NCBI GenBank assembly: GCA_052173415.1
Contig: JBQMYQ010000004.1
Location: 4,703-68,702, forward strand
Direction of reading: 5' to 3'
From: Wolinella sp.
GTDB taxonomy: Bacteria > Campylobacterota > Campylobacteria > Campylobacterales > Helicobacteraceae
DNA: 64,000 nucleotides
The notes beneath the pieces are model-generated. The model made no database searches. It was not told the origin of the DNA and worked only from the letters and a program-made list of their open reading frames with translations. A program made the translations under genes and the position numbers. Numbering within the stretch: position 1 is the first letter of the stretch; each line of letters starts with the position of its first letter. Shown piece after piece: positions 10,193-19,659 of the stretch.

Positions 10193-12364
10193 CTAAAGCG
10201 AGACTAGAGGATAACTGCCCCCCCCCCCCCCGATTCCTACATTATTCATCTGAACATAATCGGGTGCTTGCATAACAAGTTTTCGCGAGGGTTCGCTAAT
10301 GTAATATCCTTGAGAATAATCCACACCAAAGCCTTTAATCATCTCAAAGACCTCTTTACTATGAACAAACTCTGCGACCGTCTTAATCCCTAGCCGTTTG
10401 CTAAATTCCACAATTGTCTGGGCGATGATTTGCGAATTGCGATCGGAATCGGAGTTTTTAATAATCGACGCATCAATCTTAATCACATCGACATTGAGGC
10501 GAAGAATATGGGCGAAATTCGAATACCCACTTCCAAAATCATCAATCGCGATCGAACAGCCAAGCCGCTTCATGCGCTGGATAAAATCATCAACAATTTC
10601 GTAGTTATCAATTCCCTCCGATTCCAAGATCTCAAAGAATATCCGATTCGCCACGCCATGACGCTGCACTTCGGAGGTAATGTATTCGACGGTATCGGAA
10701 TTTAGAATATCATCAATGGAGACATTAATGGAAAATTCGCAATCCAAATCCTTAAATGTCCTGCACGCATCAGCGACGATTGCACGCGTAATACGATGAT
10801 AGAGACGCGCTTTTTTTGATATATCAATAAAAAAGGGCGGATAAACCTTGCCATCTTCGCCGATGAGCCGCGCAAGGCATTCAAATTTATAAATCTTGCG
10901 CGTTTGATTATCAAACACCGGCTGAAAATAACAGACGATACGATGCTCATTGAGGGCATTTTTCAGCATACGAATCCAGCGGAAATTCTCCTCATACTCT
11001 TTCATCACCTTCATCGTATCATTATAGATTAGGTAGGGTTTATTGCGCTTTTTGGCGAGTTTAAGTGCAATATCCGCACGGGTAAGGACGGAATCACTAT
11101 CGCCATAGCACATTCCCGCAGAGATTTGAATATGGATCTCCTGCTCTTTTAAGAATATTAGATGAGAATCAACCTCGCGGTGGATTCTCGCACTTAAGCT
11201 TTCTAGATCCTCGCTACTAGGGCATTTAGGATCAAGTAGCGCGTATTCATCGGCTTGAAGCTTGTAGAGCTTGAAACGACTTTGGACGTTATAGTTTAGC
11301 AGTCGCTTGGCAATCTCCTTTAAGACAAAATCACCTACCTCCGTGCCATAAAAGTCATTGACTTCTTTGAAAGAATCGATATTAAGAAGGATTAAAAAGG
11401 GCGAAGAAGCGAGCTTCAAATCCTCCAAAAGACGCGTGCGATTGGGCAAAGAGGTGAGCTTATCGACATAGAGCTGCTCTTCTAGGAGGCGATTTTTCTG
11501 CTGAATTACCTGCATGTTATGCTTGAGTTCGCGATTAAGCTCCTCAAGCTTTGCGCGCGAATGCTCAAGCTCCTCTTTGAACCATTTCTTATCCGTTACG
11601 TCAATCATATTGACAACCGCGACAAAACGCCCCTGAAACTCAACAGAATTAACGCTAATATCTACGTATCGCACCTTGCCCGCTTTGGTCTTGACACGTG
11701 TCTCTAAATAGCGTCTTGTAGTGCAACCGATACATTCAAGCGATGAGCCGATCTCTTCAAAAATCTCAGAGCACGCCCCCTGCACAATCTTTAGAAGCGA
11801 ACCCGCCAAAAGCTCACTCTTTGAATACCCTATGATCGACTCGAGGGATTTATTCGCATAGATGATTTCATTCTCACTCAAAAGACAGATTCCCACGGGA
11901 GAATTGTCTGCGACAATGTTAATAAGCGTATCTTTCTCTTGGATATCCTTCTGCGCGCGAGTGTAATGAATGCCTGAGAGAGCCCTTTTGATTGTCTTAA
12001 CTAAGGTTCTATCGTTGACAGGCTTTAGGATATAGCCATCGATTCCTATCTGGATTGCCTTAGCAAGGAGATCTGAATCATCGTGCGCAGTGATAATGAT
12101 AATCGGCGTGTTGGGATTAAGCTCCTTAATCTTCTTGCTCATCGCCAACCCATCAAGCTCGGGCATAACGACATCAGTCATGACAAAATCAGGAGAGTGC
12201 TGCTTGAATGCTTCTAGACCCTCTTTGCCATTTTTTGCCAAATAGACTTCTTGAAATCGACGGCGCAAAAAAGTAGCAAATATCTCTAAAACCTCTAGTT
12301 CATCCTCGACAAGAAGCACTCGGAAGGATTTGAAAAAATCCTGTTCTGTCCCATTTTTTATCAT
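10193..12364 (-). CDS. Response-regulator receiver / PAS / degenerate GGDEF / EAL protein (probable c-di-GMP phosphodiesterase)
   Basis: REC domain (LLVEDE..DFVMTDVVMPELDG..KP), a PAS region, and a GGDEF-like domain with QADEY in place of GGDEF. EAL domain motifs are present (ECLARL, DDFGSGYSN, KIDASII, QGYY). Confidence 0.85.
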   Translation of the reverse strand: MIKNGTEQDFFKSFRVLLVEDELEVLEIFATFLRRRFQEVYLAKNGKEGLEAFKQHSPDFVMTDVVMPELDGLAMSKKIKELNPNTPIIIITAHDDSDLLAKAIQIGIDGYILKPVNDRTLVKTIKRALSGIHYTRAQKDIQEKDTLINIVADNSPVGICLLSENEIIYANKSLESIIGYSKSELLAGSLLKIVQGACSEIFEEIGSSLECIGCTTRRYLETRVKTKAGKVRYVDISVNSVEFQGRFVAVVNMIDVTDKKWFKEELEHSRAKLEELNRELKHNMQVIQQKNRLLEEQLYVDKLTSLPNRTRLLEDLKLASSPFLILLNIDSFKEVNDFYGTEVGDFVLKEIAKRLLNYNVQSRFKLYKLQADEYALLDPKCPSSEDLESLSARIHREVDSHLIFLKEQEIHIQISAGMCYGDSDSVLTRADIALKLAKKRNKPYLIYNDTMKVMKEYEENFRWIRMLKNALNEHRIVCYFQPVFDNQTRKIYKFECLARLIGEDGKVYPPFFIDISKKARLYHRITRAIVADACRTFKDLDCEFSINVSIDDILNSDTVEYITSEVQRHGVANRIFFEILESEGIDNYEIVDDFIQRMKRLGCSIAIDDFGSGYSNFAHILRLNVDVIKIDASIIKNSDSDRNSQIIAQTIVEFSKRLGIKTVAEFVHSKEVFEMIKGFGVDYSQGYYISEPSRKLVMQAPDYVQMNNVGIGGGGGSYPLVSL
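10218..10231. repeat. Homopolymeric C14 tract (G14 on the coding strand) inside the last 13 codons of the REC-PAS-GGDEF-EAL gene
   Basis: Read directly: ..actg(c)14gattcc... It encodes the GGGGG run of the C-terminal tail. Confidence 0.95.
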
Positions 12365-12567
12365 TGCTTGTAGATCCTAACTCATAAAATAGATAGCCCA
12401 AACAAAGCTTGCCATGCTTTTCAAGCTCATTGCACGCTATAAAACGTATCAAAAAGCCTTTCGCACTTAGAAATATTGGCATTGTATAGCAGGAAGACTG
12501 TAATTTTGCAAAAATTATAAAAAAATCATATATTGATCATAAAACAAATCCGCAAAGCTCTAAATAA

Positions 12568-13488
12568 CTATCTGCCTTTTTGGAGTTCAATGGCAGCTTT
12601 GATGGCATTTTGATAGCTCTGCGTGCGAAGATTCGCCCCCTTGTAGGCAATATCAAAAGCCGTCCCATGATCGACAGAAGTGCGTATTATGGGGAGTCCT
12701 AGCGAGATATTAACACTCTCTTCAAAATGAAGAAGCTTTAGCGCGATAAGCCCTTGATCGTGATAAAGAGCCACATAATAGCGAAACCGCTCCCTAAAAT
12801 GGGGCAAAAACGCCACATCAGGGACGAGCGGACCAAAAAATACCTCTTTTTTAAGCTTCTGATTGACCTCGCTTAACGCCGCCTCAATCTCGCGCTCCTC
12901 ATTGCCTAAAACCCCTCCATCACCCGCGTGAGGATTAAGCCCCAGCACACCGCACGACTCCATGTGGGGAATCGCCGCATAAAGGCGCAACAAAAAACGG
13001 GCGATTCCCGCCTTGGTGATAAGAGCGGGCACGCGAGCAAGCGGAACATGGTCGCTATAAAGCGCCACATAAAGCGAAGGACAACCTAGCATCATAATCG
13101 CCTCATCTTGAAAAAGATCGCGCAACGCCTCAGTGTGCCCTACGTAAGGGATTCCCGCGAGATTCCATGCCTTTTTGTGGATAGGGAGCGTGATGAGTGC
13201 GTCGACTTCTTTGCGCTTGCTCGCCCTGATTCCCGCCAGAAAGCTCTCATACGAATAACGCCCCGCCTCTTTGGTGATCATTCCCGGATTTATAGGGGAA
13301 TCTAGCCCAAGCGGAGCAATCTCAAAATCCCTAGGAATCGCCACTCCTAAACGCCGCGCCGCTTCGCCTAAAAGCGCGCTATCCACGCCATAAACAATCT
13401 CCGCCTCTTTGGCTACTTCTCTATGCGCGCGCAGGGCAAGCTCAAGCCCGATTCCATTAGGATCGCCGATGGAGACAAAAAGGCGCAA
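12568..13488 (-). CDS. pdxA: 4-hydroxythreonine-4-phosphate dehydrogenase
   Basis: Full-length PdxA similarity (ISIGDPNGIG.E, GHTE, NPHAGDGG, IIRTSVDHGTAFDIA). Confidence 0.9.
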   Translation of the reverse strand: MRLFVSIGDPNGIGLELALRAHREVAKEAEIVYGVDSALLGEAARRLGVAIPRDFEIAPLGLDSPINPGMITKEAGRYSYESFLAGIRASKRKEVDALITLPIHKKAWNLAGIPYVGHTEALRDLFQDEAIMMLGCPSLYVALYSDHVPLARVPALITKAGIARFLLRLYAAIPHMESCGVLGLNPHAGDGGVLGNEEREIEAALSEVNQKLKKEVFFGPLVPDVAFLPHFRERFRYYVALYHDQGLIALKLLHFEESVNISLGLPIIRTSVDHGTAFDIAYKGANLRTQSYQNAIKAAIELQKGR

Positions 13489-13491
13489 CGC

Positions 13492-14274
13492 CTAATCCCT
13501 AAGGAGTGCCAGCATGTCCAAAACCGCCCGCTCAAGCCCGAGGAGAATCGAACGCGCCATGATGCTATGCCCGATATTAAGCTCGCTAATCTCGGGAATC
13601 CTAGCCACTTCCGCGACATTTTGGTAATTTAGCCCATGTCCTGCAGCCACCGCAAGCCCTAGTGAATGAGCCTTTTTCGCCGCCTCTTTTAGAAGCAGGA
13701 GCGATTCCTCACATCGCATTTTTAGGCTCGCTCGATCCAAAGCAAGCGACTCAATGGCGTTGGGCGTGCGCGGAAGATTGGTGCAGTGCATGAGATGGAG
13801 ATTCGCATACTGCCCTGTGTGGAGCTCCACCATATCCGCTCCGAGCTCCTTAGATAGGTCAATAGAGGCTAAATCCGCGTCGATAAAAAGTGACACGGCA
13901 ATTTCGCTCTCCTTAAATTGCTCGATTCTTGACTTCAAAATCTCATATCGCTCCATCAAATCAAGCCCCCCCTCAGTCGTCACCTCCTCGCGCTTCTCGG
14001 GCACAAGCGTAACACGATGAGGGCGCAAATCGCACAGCAAATCAACAATCTGCTTATCCGTCGAACACTCGACATTCACGGGCAAAAACGAAGACTCGAT
14101 GATGCGCTCCACATCAAATTCATGAATATGTCGCCTATCTTCGCGCAGATGAAGTGTTACTTGCGCTACACCCGCGTGCTTAATAATCGCTAATGCCTCA
14201 AGCGGATCGGGCTCGTTGATTTTGCGCACCTCACGAAGTGTGGCGATGTGATCGATATTGATTCCTAAAAGCAT
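13492..14274 (-). CDS. pdxJ: Pyridoxine 5'-phosphate synthase
   Basis: PdxJ signature (LGINIDHIATLREVR, HLREDRRHI, ELHTG, GHGLNY). Adjacent to pdxA. Confidence 0.9.
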   Translation of the reverse strand: MLLGINIDHIATLREVRKINEPDPLEALAIIKHAGVAQVTLHLREDRRHIHEFDVERIIESSFLPVNVECSTDKQIVDLLCDLRPHRVTLVPEKREEVTTEGGLDLMERYEILKSRIEQFKESEIAVSLFIDADLASIDLSKELGADMVELHTGQYANLHLMHCTNLPRTPNAIESLALDRASLKMRCEESLLLLKEAAKKAHSLGLAVAAGHGLNYQNVAEVARIPEISELNIGHSIMARSILLGLERAVLDMLALLRD

Positions 14275-14347
14275 TTCTTCTCCTTAAATGGACATGTGTC
14301 CGCTTAATTTTATAGCAAAAATGGCTAAAGCCCGCTTCGAGATTTGC

Positions 14348-15886
14348 TTAGCGATGACGAAACGAGAGTGCCTCAAGGATATGAGCGCGCTCAATATTCG
14401 GGGAATCCTCTAGATCGGCGATGGTGCGAGCGATTCTTCGCACTTTATCCTCTGCGCGCTTTGAAAGTCCAAAACGCCGCACCGCCTCAATCATGAGCTC
14501 TTTAAGCGATTCACTCAAAGGGCAAAACCGCTCTAGCTCCTCGCCACTTAGTCGCGCATTAAAATTTCTCTGAGCGCGTGCTTTTTGTGCTTCAAATGCC
14601 TGCAAAACACGCGCGTGTAGCTCCTTTGAGCTTATGCTTGAATATTCTTGCGAATGCTCCTGCGCACTACTCTCCTGCATCGCGACAAAGAGATCGATAC
14701 GATCCAAAAACGGCTCAGAGAGATGCGATTTGTAACGTTTAATCTCCACTTCGTTGCAGCGACACTCTTTGTAAGGATTGAGCAGATTCCCGCACGGGCA
14801 GGGATTTTGCGCAGCGACAAGCAAAAACGAGCTCTCAAACTCCACTTTAGCCTGCGCGCGCGAGACGACAAAAGTGTGATTTTCCAAAGGCTCTCTCAAC
14901 GCCTCAAGCAAGGGCTTGGGAAAATGGGGCAGCTCATCAAGGAACAAAATCCCGCCGTGCGCTAGGGCAATCTCGCCGGGTTTTGCCTCGCCGTTTGGAG
15001 CGAGCGAGCCCAAAATCGCCGCCTTGGTCGAGGTAGCGTGAGGTGCGCGCATGTTGCGTAGAGCCTCATATCTAAGCTCACCTTGCTCAAATAGCTGTGC
15101 TTTGGCGCTTTTTAAAATCTCCTCTTGGCTAAGCGGAGGCAAAATATAGCGCAGACGCTTAGCAATCATGCTTTTTCCTAGCCCCGGACTCCCCTCTAGG
15201 AGAATATTATGAAACCCCGTAGCGGCAATCAAGGCGGCGCGTTTGGCAATCTCCTGCCCTTTCACATCGGCAAAATCAAGCTCAAATGAGGAATCGTAAT
15301 AGTAGGAATCGCCCGCAATCACAAGCGAGCTAAAAGGAAAATCTGCAGGCGTTTTTTGGATATTTTCGGCACTTTTGATTGCCTTGATTCCCTCACTTAG
15401 CGAGGCGATGAAGTGCAATTTCAGGAGCGGAATATTGCGATAGAGCGACTCATTTTCCTTTGGGAGCAAAATATCGCCCTCATACCCCTGCTCGGCGAGC
15501 GAAAGAAGAATTGGGTAGATATTGCGATTATCTTTTAGCTTGCCCTCTAATCCGAGCTCGCCTAGCGCAAACCACTCTTGCTGTGCCCCTTCCCTAGAGA
15601 GCTCCTCTTGATGGAGCGCAATCAAAAGCGCAATGGGAAAGTCAAAATGGCTGCCGTATTTGGGCAAATCTGAGGGGGCAAGATTAATGACAATCTTTAG
15701 CGGAGGGAAAGTAAAACCAATCGCACAAAGCGCGGATTGCGAGCGATGGCGTGCCTCTTGAATGGAGGCTTGCGCCATGCCTGTAATCGTGAATGAGGAC
15801 AACCCTTTATTAAACGCCACCTCTAGCTCGACACGCCTTGCGTCAAGCCCGATGAGCGTGGCAGAATAGATTGAATGTAGCCTCAT
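14348..15886 (-). CDS. comM: Mg-chelatase-like ATPase, YifB/ComM family
   Basis: N-terminal Lon-protease-like domain, AAA+ core (LLEGSPGLGKSM, GILFLDELPHF), C-terminal ComM domain. Confidence 0.85.
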   Translation of the reverse strand: MRLHSIYSATLIGLDARRVELEVAFNKGLSSFTITGMAQASIQEARHRSQSALCAIGFTFPPLKIVINLAPSDLPKYGSHFDFPIALLIALHQEELSREGAQQEWFALGELGLEGKLKDNRNIYPILLSLAEQGYEGDILLPKENESLYRNIPLLKLHFIASLSEGIKAIKSAENIQKTPADFPFSSLVIAGDSYYYDSSFELDFADVKGQEIAKRAALIAATGFHNILLEGSPGLGKSMIAKRLRYILPPLSQEEILKSAKAQLFEQGELRYEALRNMRAPHATSTKAAILGSLAPNGEAKPGEIALAHGGILFLDELPHFPKPLLEALREPLENHTFVVSRAQAKVEFESSFLLVAAQNPCPCGNLLNPYKECRCNEVEIKRYKSHLSEPFLDRIDLFVAMQESSAQEHSQEYSSISSKELHARVLQAFEAQKARAQRNFNARLSGEELERFCPLSESLKELMIEAVRRFGLSKRAEDKVRRIARTIADLEDSPNIERAHILEALSFRHR

Positions 15887-16408
15887 TTATTTGGGCGAGG
15901 GTCGTTTGCGCTTTTTGAGCTTGAGCTCTTTTTCAAACTTTTTGCGCTTCAAAAGGGAAAGCTTGTCAATAAAAAGCACGCCATTTAGATGGTCGTTCTC
16001 ATGCTGAAGCGCCACAGCCAAATAGCCGTGTGCCTCAAGCTCATGGCGATTCCCAAAGCGATCCTGATAGCTAAGCTTCACATATTCAGAGCGCGCCACC
16101 TCTTCGTAAAATTCCGGGACACTAAGGCACCCCTCATTAAAAATAATCTCGCCCTCTTTGCTTAGGAATTCGGGATTAATCACCTCCAGGAGATCCTCTT
16201 TATTTTGCTCGCCCTCTTCGTTAGGAAGATTTACGATCAGCACTCGTATCGGATTCCCCACTTGCACCGCAGCTAGACCTACACCCTTTTTCTCTAACAT
16301 CGTCTCATACATCTCATCAAGGAAACGATGAAGCGACTCATCGAAATGCTCTACGGGCAGGGAGCATTTTTTAAGCAATGGATTAGGATAAGTAATCACA
16401 GGTAACAT
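15887..16408 (-). CDS. def: Peptide deformylase
   Basis: The three Def motifs are present ([25 protein letters not shown]). Confidence 0.95.
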   Translation of the reverse strand: MLPVITYPNPLLKKCSLPVEHFDESLHRFLDEMYETMLEKKGVGLAAVQVGNPIRVLIVNLPNEEGEQNKEDLLEVINPEFLSKEGEIIFNEGCLSVPEFYEEVARSEYVKLSYQDRFGNRHELEAHGYLAVALQHENDHLNGVLFIDKLSLLKRKKFEKELKLKKRKRPSPK

Positions 16409-16417
16409 ACGTGCTAT

Positions 16418-17569
16418 CTACTCCTCATCTTCGAGACATACAGAGAAAGAAATCTCCGACAAATTCGCCGATTCCATCGCGTTGAGCGCGAGATTTAACG
16501 TCTCTTCCGCGCTCCGAGCGGGGAGGATTTTGGCGATTCCGATGACGATTCCCAAATTCACTTCACTATCACCGATAAAAACGCTCGTGCTCTGAGTGAG
16601 CTCCACCAATCGTTCGCACGCCTTTTTGGAGCTAGGAAGGTCGGAGTGCTTCAGCATTAACGCAAACGTGCCATTCCCATAATAAGCGATAATATCGCTT
16701 CGGCGTGAAGTTTTTAAAATGAGGCGCGAAATCGTGCGTGTAATTATAAGCAACGTCTTCTCGCTCGAAAATTTGCGAATCTTGCTATCGGGCAGTCGAG
16801 CGAGTAGCACCGTCGAGGAGTGCCCAAATTGATCCATAATTTTCGCCTCTTTGTCAATCTGTGAGAGGAGATAACGACGATTGTAGATACCAAACTGGGA
16901 ATCAAAAATCGTCTCGCTGTCGATACTATTGACGATTCTCGCACTGTCTTGATAAAACTCCTTGAGCTGGAGCGTCTGCTTTTGCGTAATCGCGTTGAGC
17001 TTCTCAATCTCCTGCTGAAAAAGGCTGAGGATATTTTGAAACACCAAAGCATTCTCCGCCTTTTGCACATCGCCCAGCCGCTTTTGGACGATATTTTGGA
17101 ACAAATTGAGATTTTTATAGAGCACCGCGACGTGCTGGAGAATGTTTTTCATATTCTTAAAGCTATCTTTAATACGCTTCTCAAAGTCGATCCGTCGCTC
17201 ATCATCACTATTGTTCTCAAGGTCGAGAATGTTTAGCGTGCTCTTTTTGAAGGCTTCGGGCTTCTCATCAAGCAATCGCTCAAAACAGAGCTGGAAATTA
17301 TCGGGAATCGGCGGGATATTATCGCGCACGAGGGCTTTTAGCACCTCATTGGCAAACGACTCAAGCGTATCTCCCTCCGCGTGATTGCTAGAGGCGGATT
17401 TCAGTGGCTCTTCGGGCACAGCAAAATCCTCGCTACTATACTCCGCCGCGCTAGGACGCGCAGGAGCAGGGGTTTCAAATGAAAAATCATCAGAGAGAAG
17501 CTTCCCCAACGAGGAATCGCTCGCACTCGGCTTTGTTTTAAAACCCTCATCTTTGTGAAGATGCACCAT
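16418..17569 (-). CDS. Degenerate GGDEF-domain protein (active site GNGTF, RxxD I-site retained)
   Basis: The C-terminal ~160 aa follow the GGDEF fold pattern (D.QFGIYNRRYL ... RRSDIIAYYGNGTFALML). The N-terminal ~220 aa are not recognised. Confidence 0.6.
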   Translation of the reverse strand: MVHLHKDEGFKTKPSASDSSLGKLLSDDFSFETPAPARPSAAEYSSEDFAVPEEPLKSASSNHAEGDTLESFANEVLKALVRDNIPPIPDNFQLCFERLLDEKPEAFKKSTLNILDLENNSDDERRIDFEKRIKDSFKNMKNILQHVAVLYKNLNLFQNIVQKRLGDVQKAENALVFQNILSLFQQEIEKLNAITQKQTLQLKEFYQDSARIVNSIDSETIFDSQFGIYNRRYLLSQIDKEAKIMDQFGHSSTVLLARLPDSKIRKFSSEKTLLIITRTISRLILKTSRRSDIIAYYGNGTFALMLKHSDLPSSKKACERLVELTQSTSVFIGDSEVNLGIVIGIAKILPARSAEETLNLALNAMESANLSEISFSVCLEDEE

Positions 17570-17590
17570 ATTCCGCTCCGATTCCTTAAA

Positions 17591-18178
17591 CTATTTGAGA
17601 CTTTTTTTCATCACGCTATCGATGAGACCATACTCTTTCGCCTCCTGCGCACTCATAAAAAAGTCCCTATCCGTATCCTTGGCAATTTTCTCAATACCCT
17701 GCCCCGTATTCTCCGCAAGAATCGTATTTAGAATGCTTTTTAGGCGCAAAATCTCTTGGGCTTGGATCTCAATATCCGTCGCCTGCCCTTTTGCACCGCC
17801 TAGCGGCTGATGGATCATAATACGACTATTGGGCAGAGAATATCGCTTCCCTTTGGCTCCGCAACTAAGCAAAAACGCGCCCATACTTGCCGCTTGACCG
17901 ATACAAATCGTGCAAATGTCAGGTTTCACGTAATTCATTGTATCATAGATACTCATACCGCTTGTAATCACGCCCCCTGGGGAGTTAATGTAGAGATAAA
18001 TATCCTTATCAGGATCTTCGGCTTCCAAAAAAAGCAGCTGCGCGACGATTGAGGAAGCGATCGCATCATCGATTTCGCCACTTAACATAATAATGCGATC
18101 CTTAAGCAGGCGCGAATAAATATCATAGCTTCGCTCGCCTCGACCCGTCCGCTCAATAACATAAGGTATATACATCAT
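17591..18178 (-). CDS. clpP: ATP-dependent Clp protease proteolytic subunit
   Basis: Near-canonical ClpP ([36 protein letters not shown]). Confidence 0.95.
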   Translation of the reverse strand: MMYIPYVIERTGRGERSYDIYSRLLKDRIIMLSGEIDDAIASSIVAQLLFLEAEDPDKDIYLYINSPGGVITSGMSIYDTMNYVKPDICTICIGQAASMGAFLLSCGAKGKRYSLPNSRIMIHQPLGGAKGQATDIEIQAQEILRLKSILNTILAENTGQGIEKIAKDTDRDFFMSAQEAKEYGLIDSVMKKSLK

Positions 18179-19477
18179 CTAGCCTTTGAGCCGCTTATCA
18201 AGCAGATGGGTAAGGAGCTTATCCTCAAGCATCGCCATACGCACGGCAGGAATGAGATTGTTTTTCTGATAATACTCAAGCATATTCTTAGGATCTCGCC
18301 CCATCGACATAGACTCATAATAGATCGTCTGCATAAGCTCATCGTCGCTCACGCCGATTCCCTCCGCTTTGGCGAGCGTATCAATAATAAACGTAGCTTT
18401 TACGCTTCTTGCCGCACTCTCTCGGTGCTCCTCGCGCTTGGCTTTGAGCGCCTCTTGGTCGTTACGAAGCGCCTCAACCTCCTCTTTGCTAAGCGAATTA
18501 AGCGCGCTTCTAAAGAGCAGATCCATCTCCTGCTCCACGACCATTTCGGGCAAATCAAAACTCAACGCCTCAATGAGATTATCGACGAGCTTGCCTTTTA
18601 GCTCGCTATTGTAGAGCTCCGCCTTTTTCTCATTAGCTAGTTGCTCCTTCACTCGCTCCTTTAAAAGCGCAAGAGAAGGCTCTTTCTCGCCCTGCAAGAC
18701 GCTTTTTGCAAACTCCTCGTCAATCGCCTGCTCGCCTCGCACTTGAATTTCATGAAGTGCAATTTTAAAGGTCACCTCTTTCCCCGCGAGATTTGGCGCA
18801 CCGTATTCATCGGGGAATCGCACCTGAATATCGCGCTTCTCGCCCGCTTTCATACCGATGAGCTGCGCCTCAAAGCCCGGGATAAAGGAGTTGCTCCCGA
18901 TTTGGAGTAGATAATTCTCCGCTTTCCCGCCCTCAAAAGGCTCGTCTCCGAGGAATCCCTCAAAATCAATCTTGACAAAATCGCCCTCTTCCACGCTCTT
19001 GCCCTCACTCGCATTTACAAGAGGTGCTTTAGCTTTAGCCAGCTCCGCAATGCGCTTGTCAATTTCCTCTTCACTAGGGGCTTGCAACTCAAACTCAGGC
19101 ACATAAGTAATACTCTCTTTGAGCGTGATTTCAGGCGCGATTCCGAGCTTAATCTCAACATCAATGCCGTTTTCATGACGCTTATATTCCGTGATACGCG
19201 GATCGCCAATGAGCTTATTTGGCTCGATTCCCAGCTCTTTTAGCGCGTGATCAAGAAGCTCTTGTATCGCCTCGCGCTCCGCGTCCTCTTGGAGCTTATC
19301 GCCATATCGAGCCTTAATTACGTGCGCAGGGACTTTGCCTTTTCTAAAGCCATCAACTTTCATATTTTTAGCGGCATTTTTGGAAATTTTGTCAAGCTTT
19401 TGCGCCAAAAGCTCCTTGCCAAGCGTCCCTTTAGCTCTCGCATTCGCGCTATTAATCTTCTCTGTTTGGATATTCAT
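18179..19477 (-). CDS. tig: Trigger factor
   Basis: 432 aa with a ribosome-binding N-domain (GFRKGKVP), a PPIase domain and a C-domain. Upstream of clpP, as is usual. Confidence 0.95.
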   Translation of the reverse strand: MNIQTEKINSANARAKGTLGKELLAQKLDKISKNAAKNMKVDGFRKGKVPAHVIKARYGDKLQEDAEREAIQELLDHALKELGIEPNKLIGDPRITEYKRHENGIDVEIKLGIAPEITLKESITYVPEFELQAPSEEEIDKRIAELAKAKAPLVNASEGKSVEEGDFVKIDFEGFLGDEPFEGGKAENYLLQIGSNSFIPGFEAQLIGMKAGEKRDIQVRFPDEYGAPNLAGKEVTFKIALHEIQVRGEQAIDEEFAKSVLQGEKEPSLALLKERVKEQLANEKKAELYNSELKGKLVDNLIEALSFDLPEMVVEQEMDLLFRSALNSLSKEEVEALRNDQEALKAKREEHRESAARSVKATFIIDTLAKAEGIGVSDDELMQTIYYESMSMGRDPKNMLEYYQKNNLIPAVRMAMLEDKLLTHLLDKRLKG

Positions 19478-19659
19478 TACACGATTCCTTGAAAAATTGG
19501 GGTAAATTTAGAGTCAAAATCCTGCTTAGAATATTATCAGAAAATCTTTATAAACTCTATGGAAAGGGCTTTTTATACCTTAGCAAGCAAACGGGTGCTA
19601 TCCTTGGGCGCGTTTTTTTAGAAAATTTACCTGAAATACCCGTGGGAGCATGCCAAAAT

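Noticed and set aside
12477-12491. Sigma-54-like promoter TGGCAT-N5-AGCA.
   Set aside because: The GG-to-GC spacing is one base short of the consensus, the -12 element is poor, and no plus-strand gene lies downstream because both flanking genes are on the minus strand.
19489-19659. 57-codon N-terminal extension of fliI in the ORF track (start at 19489).
   Set aside because: The extension begins 12 nt from the divergent tig start, has no FliI similarity and would make the protein atypically long. The ATG at 19660 gives a standard-length FliI.
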